Positions 11,226 through 23,960 of a stretch of DNA of 64,000 nucleotides are shown one piece after another. Source of the stretch: Penicillus capitatus (taxonomy: Eukaryota; Plantae; Chlorophyta); NCBI GenBank assembly GCA_965649825.1, contig OZ287701.1, positions 1,411,659 through 1,475,658 on the forward strand, written 5' to 3'. The notes under the pieces were generated by a model. The model made no database searches, was not told where the DNA came from, and saw nothing but the letters and a program-made list of their open reading frames with translations. How positions within the stretch are numbered: the first letter of the stretch is position 1; each line of letters begins with the position of its first letter. Made by a program: the position numbers and the translations under genes.

Positions 11226-14150
11226 ATGTTTGGAGTCCAGCAGAGACTCGCACGCGACCCTCGGTTGGAGAATCGGCGATGGGCACCACTGTATCACACT
11301 CGACGACGTGCCTTTTCTGGAAGAGCTCCTCCGCTGCATGACCAGCGAGCACCGCCAGTGACTGCTGATCATGATCCCATCAACACGACGATATCTCGCC
11401 TCTCCCTCGAGACCGTCAAAGAGCTTGAAAGAGTTGCTGAGGTTGGAGCTCTTCAGCGAGATGACGTTAAACAGAGCGTACGGAACATCCTGGACCTTCT
11501 GCGTGCTGTCAGCCGTGAACAGTTCCGTCGAACGGGAGCGGGTGGTGTTGAGCCCAGAAAGAGTATGATAATGCCCACTCCTTTCCCTGAACGGGATGTT
11601 CAGCTGAACAATTCCATCATGTCCATCGCATTGGATGCGAGGAACAGTCTCCAGAATCTGGCAACAAACGCTTCTATCGCGGAGAAGCGTTCAATCCTCG
11701 AAGGCCTCCGGCTCATTAGAAACTGCGACGCTGATGTTCGTTGCGTAGGCGTCTTGCATTCGTATCGCCGACTGTTGGAGAGCGAAGTGCGTTTGAACTC
11801 CGTGCATATCACAACAATGCTTCATCGCACTGTGTCATTGTCGACGCGAATAGGACAGCACACATGGGTCCTTCAGAAGCACGATGACTTCATCGGCAGC
11901 CTGTTGAGGAAGGTGTGTTTTGGAGTCTGTCAGGAGCATCGTGATCGTGCACTTGATTCAGGCAGAAAAGCATCTGGACCAGATGAATCCGGCGAGTTAT
12001 GCAATCATGCTGTGGTCTCTGGGTAAATTCGGTTCCCAACTTCAAATGATCTCCATCGACGGACGCCCGTTTGACAGCTTTCTTCAAAACTTCATGGAGC
12101 ATGTCAGCACGCAGTACGGCACCATGACTGCGGAACAACTGGCCTCTGCAACCGCAGGTCTGGCGATCTGTTGTCTTCCTTCCCTCGAATCGTTTTTCAG
12201 GATTCTCCATGTTGGGAGGAGACAGACCACCGTCCACTGGCCGATTTCTCACTTCTCTGTACGACGTCCTGCAGTCCAGGATGCCAGAATTCAAGAAAAA
12301 GCATCTGATCACTGTCGCATTTGCCTTCAGTCATCTGTCCGTCCCGAAACCTCGAAGACTCGTCGAGCGTTTGTGCGAAGTCGTGGATCGCGGGATGGAT
12401 GACTTCGCGCCTGCCGAAATGTTGAACTTTCTTCGATCGTTGCTCGTTCCCTACACTCCGTTGCCTCGACCCTTCTTCCAGAAGACAGTCGATCTGGTGG
12501 AATCCGGCTTGGACACACTTCACGCCGGGCAGCTCCTGAACTACTTTCGTCTCTGTTCTGTAGTACGTCGAAAACCCTCAGGCACTTGTGTTCCGTATCT
12601 CCATGGCAATTGGAAAGCTCTTTGTTGCAGAGAAACTGAAGGAAAGACTGAGTGCAACGTTCGACAATAGACGGAAGATAGAAGAGCTGAACCCGAGTCA
12701 CTTGAGTCAGTTCTTGATGACCTGCACACACTTCGATTTCAAGCCAGAAGCTGCGATTCTTGCTTCGAAACAGCGATTTATTGCGAATCCTTACGGTTTT
12801 GATGTGCCCAGTGCGACGACGATGGTGCAGGCATTGTGTTTGCTGAACGAAATCGACGATGATATCATGGAAGCAGTACGTCAAAGCAGATTGGCGTTTG
12901 TCGGACCAGCAGAGCTCAGCATGACGGAACGCAGACACGTCTGCAGATTGCTCATTGCCATGAAGATTCTCCAGAGCAAGGCGTGTCCTGAAGATCCTCC
13001 TGTGCCCATGACACGATCTCTCCCTTTTTAGGAAGCGACAGGATTTGTGTCGAGAGAGGTGGCAGATGTGTGCTATGCTGCTCATCGGTCGGCAATAAAC
13101 GCAACCAGGCCATTCGATGTCGTACCAGAGGTCCTGGTCCTTCTCGGCGAAGCTGGATTCAGATGCAGACACTCGTGGATGTTGAAGGAGGTGTCGGCGC
13201 TCGCGTTTCAGCTATATGGAGGAGATCGTGCCGTGTACACAGGTCCCGATACATCTGTCGAGCGCTGTGTTGCCGGCATCTGTGAGCGGAATGGAGAAGG
13301 ATGTGAACATCGCTTTGGACGTCGTTTCGCCTGGCGTGGAAGACACGAAGGAATCTGTTTCGACACGGTCGCGATTTCGACAGAGGATCCTGGGCGCCCT
13401 GGTTCGCACCGACGCTTCGTGGCAGTTCCCCGCGACTGTTTGCGTTCAGGGTTGGACGGTGATGACGATGAACATCGCAGATTGGAGACAGTGTGTGGAT
13501 CGACGGAGCAAGTGCAAACTGCTCTTTGATCTGATCAAGGAGCAGGCGGGATATGAATCGGCATTTCTGTGGAATGATGGCAGAGTGGCCGCGAACAACA
13601 AAGGCGATGCTTCAGAAGAGAAAGGGATCTCGGAGGACCAGAGCGCAACGGCCTCAAACCACTCGACAGAGGCAAACGTGGAGGAAAGAGCGAAGCTGGA
13701 CATCGAGAGTTCCGCGCCTCCGCCTGAACTCTCCGACGACACAGAGATCACAGACGCCGCCGCCGCCGTGCACGCAGATGACCACCACCAGGATGCATCC
13801 AGACAAGGTGCATGCACGTTTCGGAGCGCAGGTTGCCACTGAATCCGTCGCAGCATCTTCGACAGACGACGAGGGTCGCCGGGATGAAGGCTACGATATG
13901 TCCGATCTGTTCGGGGCGGACGAGGGGCCTGATCTGGAGGATGACGTTTTCAATCAAGGTGGCATTCCCGTTCTCGTGCACTCAGGGCGATCCCATCCTG
14001 ACTCTAGAGCGAGAGAGTGGCACTGTCATCACCGTTAGTGACAGTGACGCCGAGTCTTCGGATGACGGAAAGCTCGACGAGAAGGGAGAGAAGAAGACAG
14101 ACGACGGACATCCGGATCGCGGTGCGCTCACGAACAAGCGTGGAATTTAA
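11226..14150 (+). CDS. Helical-repeat (FASTK/HPR/OPR-like) RAP-domain organellar RNA-binding protein with acidic low-complexity tail; ends uncertain
   Basis: Exons show helical repeats (ASYAIMLWSLGKFG, HLITVAFAFSHL, SHLSQFLMTCTHFD) and a RAP-like C-terminus (VQGWTVMTMNIADW). The pieces are joined by GT-AG introns and followed by a D/E-rich segment. Confidence 0.6.
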
Positions 14151-14469
14151 GAACCGTCGGTCGAATTCTGCAGAAACGGCGGATATGTCTCAAGACGATC
14201 CAGATACGGAAAACGTGGATTCCGACGCCTAGAACGAGTTCGACGATCTCTCCGAGAAGGAGGACTCTCCCAGCAGAAGAGGCAGCGAAAGCAGAGAGTA
14301 GATCCGAAGACAGCCTTCTTTTACAACTAAGCGTCCATGCTTCCATTTTGACACAGTTTTCATCTCCCTTGAAGTTCACGCAAACGACGAATTGTACTGC
14401 GCACCGTCACCGAATTACCTGACGCGAACATAGACTGAGCATCGACAAGCAGGGAGCAAGAGACAGGAG

Positions 14470-15351
14470 ATGGACCTGTGTTCAAGGCACAGGCTCCACC
14501 CGCTTGGGTCTTGTCTCAGGGCCGGCACTTCCAGATACCCACTGCGACACGCTTGAGCCATATTGCTCCAGAAGTCACCACGGGATGAAGAGAATGCTGT
14601 GCCGACGAACTTTTCCGCAGAAGGAACAGAGGCACTCGGAGTGCCGATTGATCTCGATCTTCTTGCAGATTTTTGCGCAGACTCGCTCCCTACCGTGTGC
14701 CGTACTTTCCAACGATGCCGACCTTCTTCGTGCGACGGGCCTGGACCACAGACGCGCATCGACAGCGGCGATCGCAAGAGTGGTTTCGACCGACCGTCTC
14801 GAAGGACTACGACTTCAGGTGGCGGCGTATAATGAGAGGCAGTTCATTGTTGCTTTGCCAGATGCGACGGATGAGAAAGCGACGATGGTGTCGACACCGG
14901 ACGTCTTGGTCTCGTTCTCAACTCACTGCAAAGAACGCGTCAGTCGAGAGATCTGAGACAGACAAGCGATAAAGCACTGGACAGCAGGATGGGCGCTTGG
15001 CCCGGCAAGGCGTCTTGAAATGTTAAACTGCCGCGACCGAGGGCGTTGACGCAGACTTGCTGCGTTCGCGCGAGATTTCTTTCTCCGAACGGACTGGAAC
15101 GAACAGACCTGGCTCACGATAGCGGACTGCGCAAGGCAGCCTTGTCGATTGAACATCGGGAGTGTTTGTTTTAGAAATTCTGACATTGCAGTGAACGCAG
15201 CGACGCAGAATGCGATCTATTAGCGAGACGGGACATCTTTCGAAGAAAGAGACCTTCGGGGAGCGATGTGGCGACTTCTACGAAGCTTTCTTAGTTTCCG
15301 AGATCGTCTTTTCGAAGGACGGATGTGACGCCGAAGATGGCGACGATTGAA
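14470..15351 (+). CDS. Hypothetical multi-exon protein
   Basis: Coding-like segments (14669-14956; about 15050-15150; about 15225-15351 ending GCDAEDGDD*) are separated by plausible short introns. No motif recognised. Confidence 0.25.
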
Positions 15352-15428
15352 TAGACGTCTTCCATCGTCGTCAGTCATCCGTCTCATTCCTCTCGACGCC
15401 GCCACTCCGTTCGGCCTGAATCGACACC

Positions 15429-16171
15429 ATGCCGAGGATCCGCTACCACCGTCGACGTAATCTGTTTAGGAATTCTGCGCGGTGTCCTCTGCTGAGCCGT
15501 CTTCTCTCAGGCACCAAAGTATCAAAGCATCCACGTCGTCCATTTGAAAAGGAGAGGCTGGATGCCGAGCTGAAGTTGGTTGGCGAGCATGGATTGAAAA
15601 ACAAGCGAGAGCTGTGGCGTGTCCAAGTGGCCTTGTCCAAGATCTGCAATGCTGCTCGGACACTGCTCATGTTGGAGGAGAATGATCCGAAGCGCATCTT
15701 TGATCGATGGTCGGTCAGACATTGATGAGACGCATGTATCAATCGCTATGGTCTTCTCCAAGAGGATCAGGTCAAACTCGATTACGTGCTGGAATTGACT
15801 CCGAAGAATTTCCCGGAGAGACGTCTGCAGACGTTGGTCTCCAAACAAGGACTGGTGAAATCCATCCATCATGCACGTGTGTTGATCTTTCAGCGCCACA
15901 TCCGGTAGGAATCGCGGCATCGATGATTTCTGCCGATGACGATCTGCGGTGTTGGGAAGCAGATTGTGAATAGACCATCCCTTGTTGTTCGCGTCGACAG
16001 CGAGAAGCACATCGATTTCTCCGTGACGAGTCCGTTTGATGGAAATCGCCCTGGCCGTGTGAAGAGGAGATCTGAAAAGTCTGTCTGTCCACAACTTCGA
16101 TAAAGATGCATTCCATGTTGTTCAGATCGAAACAAGGAGGCGGCGATGGTGACGACTACGGCGATGATTAG
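15429..16171 (+). pseudogene. RPS9: 40S ribosomal protein S9 (uS4), unprocessed pseudogene
   Basis: Contains [42 protein letters not shown] and [14 protein letters not shown]. Three introns are retained (first 15457-15510). Three 4-nt insertions at 15704-15744 give a stop at 15723-15725. The intron 2 acceptor reads CGG instead of CAG, and there are substitutions at normally invariant residues. Confidence 0.9.
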
Positions 16172-16287
16172 AAGAAAGATGCGCACGCGGTGTCGGGGTC
16201 CTGTCTGTGGTTATCCCACAAGAGAACAATCGTTTTAAAGCATCGATACTGCAGACACAGAATCTCTCCGTCAAAAGTGATCTGGTT

Positions 16288-17568
16288 CTACGCAAAACGC
16301 TGGATGTCAAGAGCGACATCCCTGAGCGATGGCATCTCGTCCATTGTCTTCACAACTTCCAACTGATCGAACTGTTGTCTGTCTCTCTTCAGCACCTGCC
16401 AGGGTTCAGGATAGCATCGAAACAATGCCCCTGATCAGCAACACAAGTTTCAGGTGATACCCTTTCTTCGGAAAGGAATGGACCTGGATACGACCCCTTG
16501 AAGTTGTGAATGTAGTAAACCTGGGTGAAGTTTGGAATGAAGCTCTTCGAAATGCGACCGATCTTTGGATAGAGCAAAGAAGGATAGTATCCAGTCCGAA
16601 TGCGATCCAGTTCGCCGTTGAACACGATGATCGGGCGTCTGTTCTCCGACATGGATGTCCACAGCTCTTCGACGTAGAGAATCTCTGTGCAATCCGCTGT
16701 TATCGGCGCGAAGTATCTGGGAAGGCAATGTGCCTACCGTCCACGTTGAAGTGTGGGTAGGCTATCACAAATATCTCATCGGTCTCTTTGATTTTCTCGC
16801 TTATCGGTTTCTTGTTTATGTCGATTCCGATGTCCATCAAAATCGTCGGCTTCATCAAGAAATCCAGCTGAAATCGCGAAGTCTCAAAGACGGGTGTGAG
16901 CTGTGCACTGCCCGCAGCAGGATCCATGGCTCTCCCTTGGATTGCCGTTCTGAGCTCCTACATGTCACTGCTATGACACTGTTTTATAGTCTGCAGCTGT
17001 TTCACAGATTCCTCTGGAAAGAAAATCCTTGTGGCTTCTGCCTTTCCCAAAATTTCGAAGATTCTGCTGTAGCGACGCAGATAGTTCATACTGAAGTTCA
17101 TTTCGTTTGCCCCGTCTGCATCTCCGGAAACGCTGGCAAGGCTGGCAGTCGGAAACTCGACCTCCATCAGTGTACACTCATCGTCCATGGCCCGTTGTGT
17201 TGCCTCCTGTGCCTGTTGGATGGCCTCTTCGTATGTCCTCGGGAAAAGCTGAAGACGAAAGGCGTGCACAAGATCAACCACTCATGCTGGTTACCGATAG
17301 AGGCTGTTTGGTAGATGCTGCACACTTCGCATGACATCCTTTTCGGACTGTTCTAGAACTCAGATCTGTCTGTCGCGAACAAACGAGCGAAGGCCGCTCT
17401 ATTACGAGCATTGATGCCGCAGCAACCGCTCGTTAGAGAGTCTCGTCGCGCCGTTTGGCGAATAGAATGCGTCGAACAAACCAACCCTCGGGAATGAGTC
17501 GCCGCTCGCTTCGGGAGTATGCCCCGAACCTTTTGCAACGTTCTGGCTAGAAGACGCCTTCGTCGCAT
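16288..17568 (-). CDS. LPA3: LOW PSII ACCUMULATION 3-like DUF1995 chloroplast protein
   Basis: Contains FPRTYEEAIQQAQEA, LMEVEFPTASLASVSGD, TRIFFPE, AYPHFNV, FNGELDRIRTGYYP, VYYIHNFKG and LFRCYPEPWQVL, with a basic transit-peptide-like N-terminus; multi-exon. Confidence 0.88.
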
Positions 17569-17767
17569 GGAGTGAAACGCTGAAGAGTACTCACGTGTGG
17601 CTCTTCGTCTGCGAAATGTCTAAGCACACAAGTGACAAGACGGAAGAGACGTATCCATTCCCCTAGAGCGGAAAGGCAGAAGCGGCTGTAGACGGACGGA
17701 TCCATACTTGGCATTGGGCATCTGGAACGCTCAAAATTGAATATGATCATGGTTTCGCGCAATCGGT

Positions 17768-19267
17768 ATGAGACCACGAAATGCAGACGTTCATGCAGAG
17801 GGACCGGAACACGCGGAACCGATAGCGGCTATTCATGTACGCTGCCACTGGACATGAAACACTTCGTCACAAGGTCTACATCTAGACGCAAAGCGTGCTG
17901 AAATCGACCATTGAGAAGCTGGCGCTCGTCGGCGCTGTAAAATCCGACGCGCAAGTGAAAAAAGAATGCGAAGATCGAACGTCGTCGATCACGCCGATGC
18001 TTGTTCTCAGGCGGAGGCTGACGAGCTTGTGACGACAGTGGGCGACGGCATTCTCGAGAAGATCCAGAGACAGAAAACGTTGGAGCGACAATTCCAACAG
18101 GAACGGAGTGGTCAGGAAAGCAAAGTTCGCTCTGTTCGCGACGTGAAGAAGAATGCGGTGTTGTCTCCCTTAGGCGCAACTCGACAAAACTTCTGATGCC
18201 CTGAAACAGAGCACTCGACAGCTGTGCCAGAATCTGCGAGACAATCCGAATATCGCCGACAATCTGGCTAAAGCCGGCCACGTTCGACAGGCGCTGCTCA
18301 ATCTACTCACGAAAGCATTGCACGAAATGCAAGAGACTCGGCAAATGACTTCGATCGAAGACGCTGTCGAGGCTCACCAGAAAGCTAAGGTACACCGCAG
18401 CACTCCTGCAGATCAGCGAGACAGATTCGAGTCGCAGATTCAAGTAAAAGAGACCGTTGCGCGCGAGAAGCTCGTCTCCGAGGCCGTAAAGGATCTCAAA
18501 TGCGACACGAACACCGAAAAGTGGCGCCACGCGGCGGAAGTGCGCATCTGCGAGATGGCCAATGTCTACGCCTTTTGTTCTCCCGCAGATGAGGAAAAAG
18601 AAACGAACGGTCAGAGAACTGAAGGAGACGCTGCGAACAACGAAAATCGAAACGGCGCAGAGGACACGCCTTCATGAAAAGCAATGCGATGCCGCGAATG
18701 AAAACAAGAAGCTTGAAGAGCAGAGGGACCTGGAACGGCTGGAGCGCGAAATCCAATCCAAGATCTTCGAAACCGATTCGGCCAAAAGAACGCACCAGAT
18801 TCTCGTCGTCCATCTGCGGCAAGCAGTGGAGAAGCGCATGGGCGATCTGGAGTATTGGAAGAACTACACAGTGGAAAGTCGAAAGGCAAAAGAGGAGTAT
18901 CTGAGAGTACTCTCTCCGTTCTCTGTCTTCCTTTTTCTGATCGCGTGCCGTTGCTTCGTAGAACCTGGAAGCCGATCGCGAACACAGCTTTCAACGGTTG
19001 CACGAGATTGAAGGCGCAATCAAGGAGGAGCTGTCCTTGAAACACAACAGAGAATCCCAAGAGAACATAGAGAGAGAAAGAGAGAACCGCCTTGCATCTA
19101 CGGCCGAGGCTGCGCGACGTGCTGCGATTCGTATCCAGGCACTGTGGAGAGGATGGAAAGTGAGGTCCATCTTCTTTGAGTGTCTCTTGGAAATCTGTCT
19201 CCGTCAGGCTCGAAAACTTACGAGACCAGCAAAATCGTCAGCCAGGCAGAAGCCAAAGAAGAAGTAG
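17768..19267 (+). CDS. DRC9: Dynein regulatory complex subunit 9 / IQCG-like coiled-coil IQ protein
   Basis: Multi-exon coiled-coil protein with LEYWKNY before the final coil, a C-terminal IQ motif AAIRIQALWRGWKVR and a Lys-rich tail (KPKKK*). This matches the DRC9/IQCG layout. Confidence 0.72.
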
Positions 19268-19924
19268 AGTAGACCCGCGCTTCGTAAGCGGAATCGGACA
19301 AACTGCACGGCGACGCATTCGTTCAAGAAACCAGCGTGTCGCGTGGAGAAGAAGAACGTCGCTATTCCTGCGGATCGCTAAAACTGCACGAACAGGTGGT
19401 GGAGTGCACGAACAGTTTGTAGACTTCCCGTTGCCTCTCCATTAAGGAGTTCGACGCGGATCTTGGCGTCGACGGAACAGGCGACGCGGAAAACCTGTCA
19501 CTGAACGACGTACCTCAGAGAGAACATCTCACCACCTTCCCAAGCCAGATGTTCGCATCTCCGCGAGGCAGGCAGAAGAACTGTTTCCTGCGGAAGACAC
19601 TTAGGAGGTCGGAAGAATGCTAGTGCAGGCGTCTCCCCTTACAAGCGTAACGAGCAGTCATGCTCATCGTGTCCAGTGTCGAATAGCGCTCGTTCTTTCC
19701 ATCGACAACGACGTTCTTTTCGTCAACGCGCTCGGCAGGACACCAAACTGCCTTACAAACAGATCTAACGATGAACATCTCATAGACAAGTCGAAACAGA
19801 CTTCATAGGACATGCCCGCACTGCATCGAAATCAAGAGGCGTCCGAGTTCCCACACCAAGCAAACAACCACCAACCTGCCTCTTGCAAGATTGCATAATC
19901 AAAAATGCCAGCCGAATGACAGGC

Positions 19925-20672
19925 TCAAGGTAGGACTGAAACAGTGATGTCTAGTCCAAGGAGAAAAAGACAGATCTGGCATGCCACAATTCCGGCGATC
20001 GTGTCGTGATAAGGTCTTCCAGATGTCAAAACTGGTTTAGAAAAAGCAACAGCCTTCACCGAACTCGCACCAAATGACAGTCGTCGAGAAAGATACAGAC
20101 TCCCTAGAAACTCCCATATCGAATTCGTCGCAAGACAGCTGACGAATACTCGACGAAGTTCACTCGCGAAGGTCGTCGGCCAGCGAGACATCACTTGTTG
20201 TCATCTGCTTTCTTCTGATCGCAGGAACCGATGAGCGTTTGATTCTGTCCAAAGGATGATAGTCATCGAAACAATCTTGTTGAGTCGAAAATTGACAAGA
20301 TATGCAAACACTCGATTCTCTTGCCGGACCACATCCTGTAGCTTCGTAAAGACTCAAGAGGCTAGAGAGCCAACCACGGTTGTACGAGGTGGCGGTGACG
20401 CAATCGCCGACATCAAGCATTTCCCGCATAACGAGTCCTCCTTGCTGAAGTCGACGTTGCGAACAGTTTATGAGCGGCGAAAGCTTCGATCGCAATGGCT
20501 GGCAGAGACAGCCGCAGGAAAGGAGTGGGTGCGACGGAGATGATGGAACTGTCAAATGGTTCAGATAGTGCACATCATCATCGAAATTGTTATCCCTGGG
20601 ATTGTTTGTTTGGATGATGACGCAGTGAAAGACGCTCTGTTCCTCCATCCTTTTCTCACACTTTTCTGACAC
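19925..20672 (-). CDS. Hypothetical protein (two coding-like segments, Cys-containing, hydrophobic C-terminus)
   Basis: Adjacent minus-strand ORFs 20160-20672 and 19925-20194. No family recognised. Confidence 0.25.
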
Positions 20673-21500
20673 CGACTGCGATTAAGTCGCCGCTCAGTGC
20701 GTCACGTAACTGTGACGTAATCCATCGACGAAAGACAGTCAACGGCCAGTCCGCTTTTCACGCTTTTCAATTCGACGTTTGTCACCGTCACTGATTTCTT
20801 TCGACCTGCCGCCGTATGAAAGAAATCAGTTCTCCGTTCTTCTGCCTCACAAGACGTACGAGTTAAAGGACATTGACAGGAGACTCGTTAGGCAAGGTAC
20901 CACCGAGGTTGAGTTGTAATCGAATTCACTTCTGTGAAGAAGAGGCGATTCGTTTGTAGAAAGAGGTTCGTTATATCGATTCTTCTCATTGGCCGCCCTC
21001 GCCATCGGCTGCAGCAGCAGCAGGTGCTTTTCGGTTTTAAGGAAAACTCAATCAATAAGAGGCAAGGAGGATAAGAGGTGAAATTCAACAGTCGCCATCG
21101 CCCTCTCTTTCGAGTACTGCCCTGCAGACTCGGTGTCAAAACTTTTTCAGGATGAAGTCGATGTTGTCAAGTCCTTATGAACAACGACCTCCAAAACCCG
21201 TTTTCAAGAAATGGAAAACGAGAAGAAAGGAAAGAGACAGAGAGAGGCCTTCAGTGTCATTGACGCGGGTACAACAACACCATCAATTGATTGTCATGCT
21301 AAAATGAAAGCTACACAGGCAAAGTCAGTTTCTGAGTTTTCGTTACATGTCAGAGAAGCGAAGAATCAGGTGAATCCATTGAGTGTGACTCTGGACGTCC
21401 GGCAGGTGAGCTACCACGATTACGCCCTTTTCTCTGCAAAACTTAGTTGAACATGTGCCAATAGCTAAGAAGAAGCACGGTTAAAGGTCTGAATGTCGAC

Positions 21501-23960
21501 ATGTCTCGACGAAAACAAACCAAGCATCCAAATCGAATATTCGAAGAGGTTGAAGCCTCGACGTGTCGGAGAAGTCGACTGAAACACAAAACAGAATACG
21601 GTTCGCCGAATGAAACGCGAAGGGCCCGTAGAGCCAATCATGAAAGCAACACGAATGGGCATGGCAGTGATGCAAGTGTTCGGAAACGATCAAATCTGTC
21701 TGGAAGACTTACTTATAGATCAGGCGCATTTGAGAAGCAAGTGAGACAGATCGAAGCACGTTTCAAAGGGGAACGTCTGCAGAACGATACTGCAAGAACG
21801 ACTACCGAGCATACAACGACCCCAAACGGGCCCAAATCTTCACGGCGGTCAATTGTAGGGAATGACAATTCTCATGAAAGACCCAAATCTTCTCAGAAAG
21901 TGGATAACAGGAATGAAACCTATCCAAACGACAGTCACGAAGTCTTGGTGTTGATTCCGTCTAGAATGCATGAATCAATAAGCGGAGTCAGCGATTCTGG
22001 ACCTGACCTGATGGGGAATGAAGTCAGCGATTCTGCATCCGATAACCCGACAGACAGCGGAGTCAACGACTCTGGCCCTGACGTGATGGGGAATGGAGTC
22101 AGCGATTCTGCATCCGATAACCCGACAGACGGCGGAGTCAACGAGTCTGCATCCGATAACCCGACAGACGGCGGAGTCAGCGACTCTGCATCCGATAACC
22201 TGGCAGACAGCGGAGTCAGCGACTCTGGCCCTGACCTGATGGGGAATGAAGTCAGCGATTCTGCATCCGATAACCCGACAGACGGCGGAGTCAACGACTC
22301 TGGCCCTGACGTGATGGGGAATGGAGTCAGCGATTCTGCATCCGATAACCCGACAGACGGCGGAGTCAGCGATTCTGCATCCGATAACCCGACAGACGGC
22401 GGAGTCAACGATTCTGCATCCGATAACCCGACAGACGGCGGAGTCAACGATTCTGCATCCGATAACCCGACAGACGGCGGAGTCAACGAGTCTGCATCCG
22501 ATAACCCGACAGACGGCGGAGTCAACGATTCTGCATCCGATAACCCGACAGACGGCGGAGTCAACGAGTCTGCATCCGATAACCCGACAGACGGCGGAGT
22601 CAGCGATTCTGCATCCGATAACTCTTTTGTTAGTATTACAGATCTCGTATCGGCAATGAACGAGTGTAGAAGCCCAGAGAAATTGGAGTTGTTGATAAAA
22701 TGGGCATATAATTGGATGGAATATTTCTCTGCAGATAAACTTAATTCCTCCACGAAAAAAGAGCTCGGCGACTATTTTGCATTTGCTGGCGTCAAGGCAG
22801 ATGTTGATCATCCCTCGAAAGATGAATTTTCACTTACGTGGTTCAAAAAGATTGCCAAATATGTGACCACAGGCCAAATCAAGCAGGAGCCTATGCTCGA
22901 AGTTTTTGAACGTGCATTGTACCGAATCGATCATCGAGTGTTCGGTGGCAATCCAGCTTCCCTCATCCCTCTCATTCATTATTGGATCCACAAAAAATTG
23001 TACGAGGAGAGCACTTGCTGGACAGAGGGAACGCATGCGACACATAGAATTATTCTGCGTTGTGCTCGTTCTGCGATGATCGTTGCTGGCAAAGTTGAGC
23101 CCAAGTCGTGGGACCCAGTCGACGACAATAGTCCTTATCGGATGCTGCAAAAAGATCTTGAAAAATTAAAGCAGAGAGTGATTTTCTACCCGACAGTCTT
23201 TGAGATTCAGCTGGTGGCAGAGACTATGAAGCAGCTGGTGATATCAGGATTCCAAACAGATTGGAAATTGTTTCTGCGCAAAACCCAAGCAGGAACGGCG
23301 GCATTGTTATGTGCAGTCAGCGTCGTCAAGAATGCCATCACTCTGAGCATTGATCCCGTCAATCTGAGGACTTGTGCGGATTATCTCTCCGAAGCTGTCA
23401 GGCCAGTTTCCCAAAAGCCCGAAGACTGGTTCATCAGATATCAATCATTAAACGAAGCATACGTTCAGGTGCTCGAAGACCCATCAAACTATGCAGTGTT
23501 CTTGGAGGAAATCAAGACAAGCACACAGAAAGAACGGAGATGGTACGGAATTTTCGGAAGTCGGTCTAGAGGCGAAAAGGCATTGGCGTGTGGGATCGTG
23601 GATTTGTTAAGTCAGTTGGCTGTCTACTCTGTTGACGATCAGGTCAGGGATAGCAGTGTAGCCGAACTGCGTCGTATGCAAGAAGATTGGCTTAAAGATA
23701 AAGACATTCTCCACCAAATGAGGCGAAGCTTTCGAGTCATTGCAGAGCAAGTGCGAAACGAGAGCTCCAAAAAAGCGCTTCCCTGGCCCAAGCAATGCCA
23801 TCGTTTACATGCGTCGATCGATCCCCCTGACGTGGTCGGATCACAGGGCGTTGACAAAACTGTGGAACGTTGGCGTGATCGTTTTGCGAAGAACAGCTTC
23901 GTTAAGTGGATGGATACGTCCAATTCGCAAAGAACTCGGAATCGTTCACTAAGACAATGA
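21501..23960 (+). CDS. Intronless 819-aa protein with Ser/Asp/Gly tandem repeats and a predicted alpha-helical (ARM-like) C-terminal half
   Basis: Long uninterrupted ORF: basic low-complexity N-terminus, then a repeat tract, then about 440 aa of globular helical-looking sequence. Confidence 0.75.
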   Translation: MSRRKQTKHPNRIFEEVEASTCRRSRLKHKTEYGSPNETRRARRANHESNTNGHGSDASVRKRSNLSGRLTYRSGAFEKQVRQIEARFKGERLQNDTARTTTEHTTTPNGPKSSRRSIVGNDNSHERPKSSQKVDNRNETYPNDSHEVLVLIPSRMHESISGVSDSGPDLMGNEVSDSASDNPTDSGVNDSGPDVMGNGVSDSASDNPTDGGVNESASDNPTDGGVSDSASDNLADSGVSDSGPDLMGNEVSDSASDNPTDGGVNDSGPDVMGNGVSDSASDNPTDGGVSDSASDNPTDGGVNDSASDNPTDGGVNDSASDNPTDGGVNESASDNPTDGGVNDSASDNPTDGGVNESASDNPTDGGVSDSASDNSFVSITDLVSAMNECRSPEKLELLIKWAYNWMEYFSADKLNSSTKKELGDYFAFAGVKADVDHPSKDEFSLTWFKKIAKYVTTGQIKQEPMLEVFERALYRIDHRVFGGNPASLIPLIHYWIHKKLYEESTCWTEGTHATHRIILRCARSAMIVAGKVEPKSWDPVDDNSPYRMLQKDLEKLKQRVIFYPTVFEIQLVAETMKQLVISGFQTDWKLFLRKTQAGTAALLCAVSVVKNAITLSIDPVNLRTCADYLSEAVRPVSQKPEDWFIRYQSLNEAYVQVLEDPSNYAVFLEEIKTSTQKERRWYGIFGSRSRGEKALACGIVDLLSQLAVYSVDDQVRDSSVAELRRMQEDWLKDKDILHQMRRSFRVIAEQVRNESSKKALPWPKQCHRLHASIDPPDVVGSQGVDKTVERWRDRFAKNSFVKWMDTSNSQRTRNRSLRQ
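21984..22622 (+). repeat. Coding minisatellite of 39-nt (VxxSASDNPTDGG) and 36-nt (VxDSGPDxMGNx) units, 17 units
   Basis: Counted from the translation: 4 units of 12 aa, and 13 units of 13 aa with the last one partial. Confidence 0.95.

Noticed and set aside
14563-14670. LGVPIDLDLL resembling a Paf1 N-terminal motif
   Set aside because: The surrounding sequence does not match Paf1, and the segment ends in a TTGCAG acceptor, so it may be intronic.
21935-22811. Long antisense ORFs (272 aa and 278 aa) over the repeat tract
   Set aside because: These are by-products of a stop-free tandem repeat; the plus-strand 819-aa ORF explains the region.
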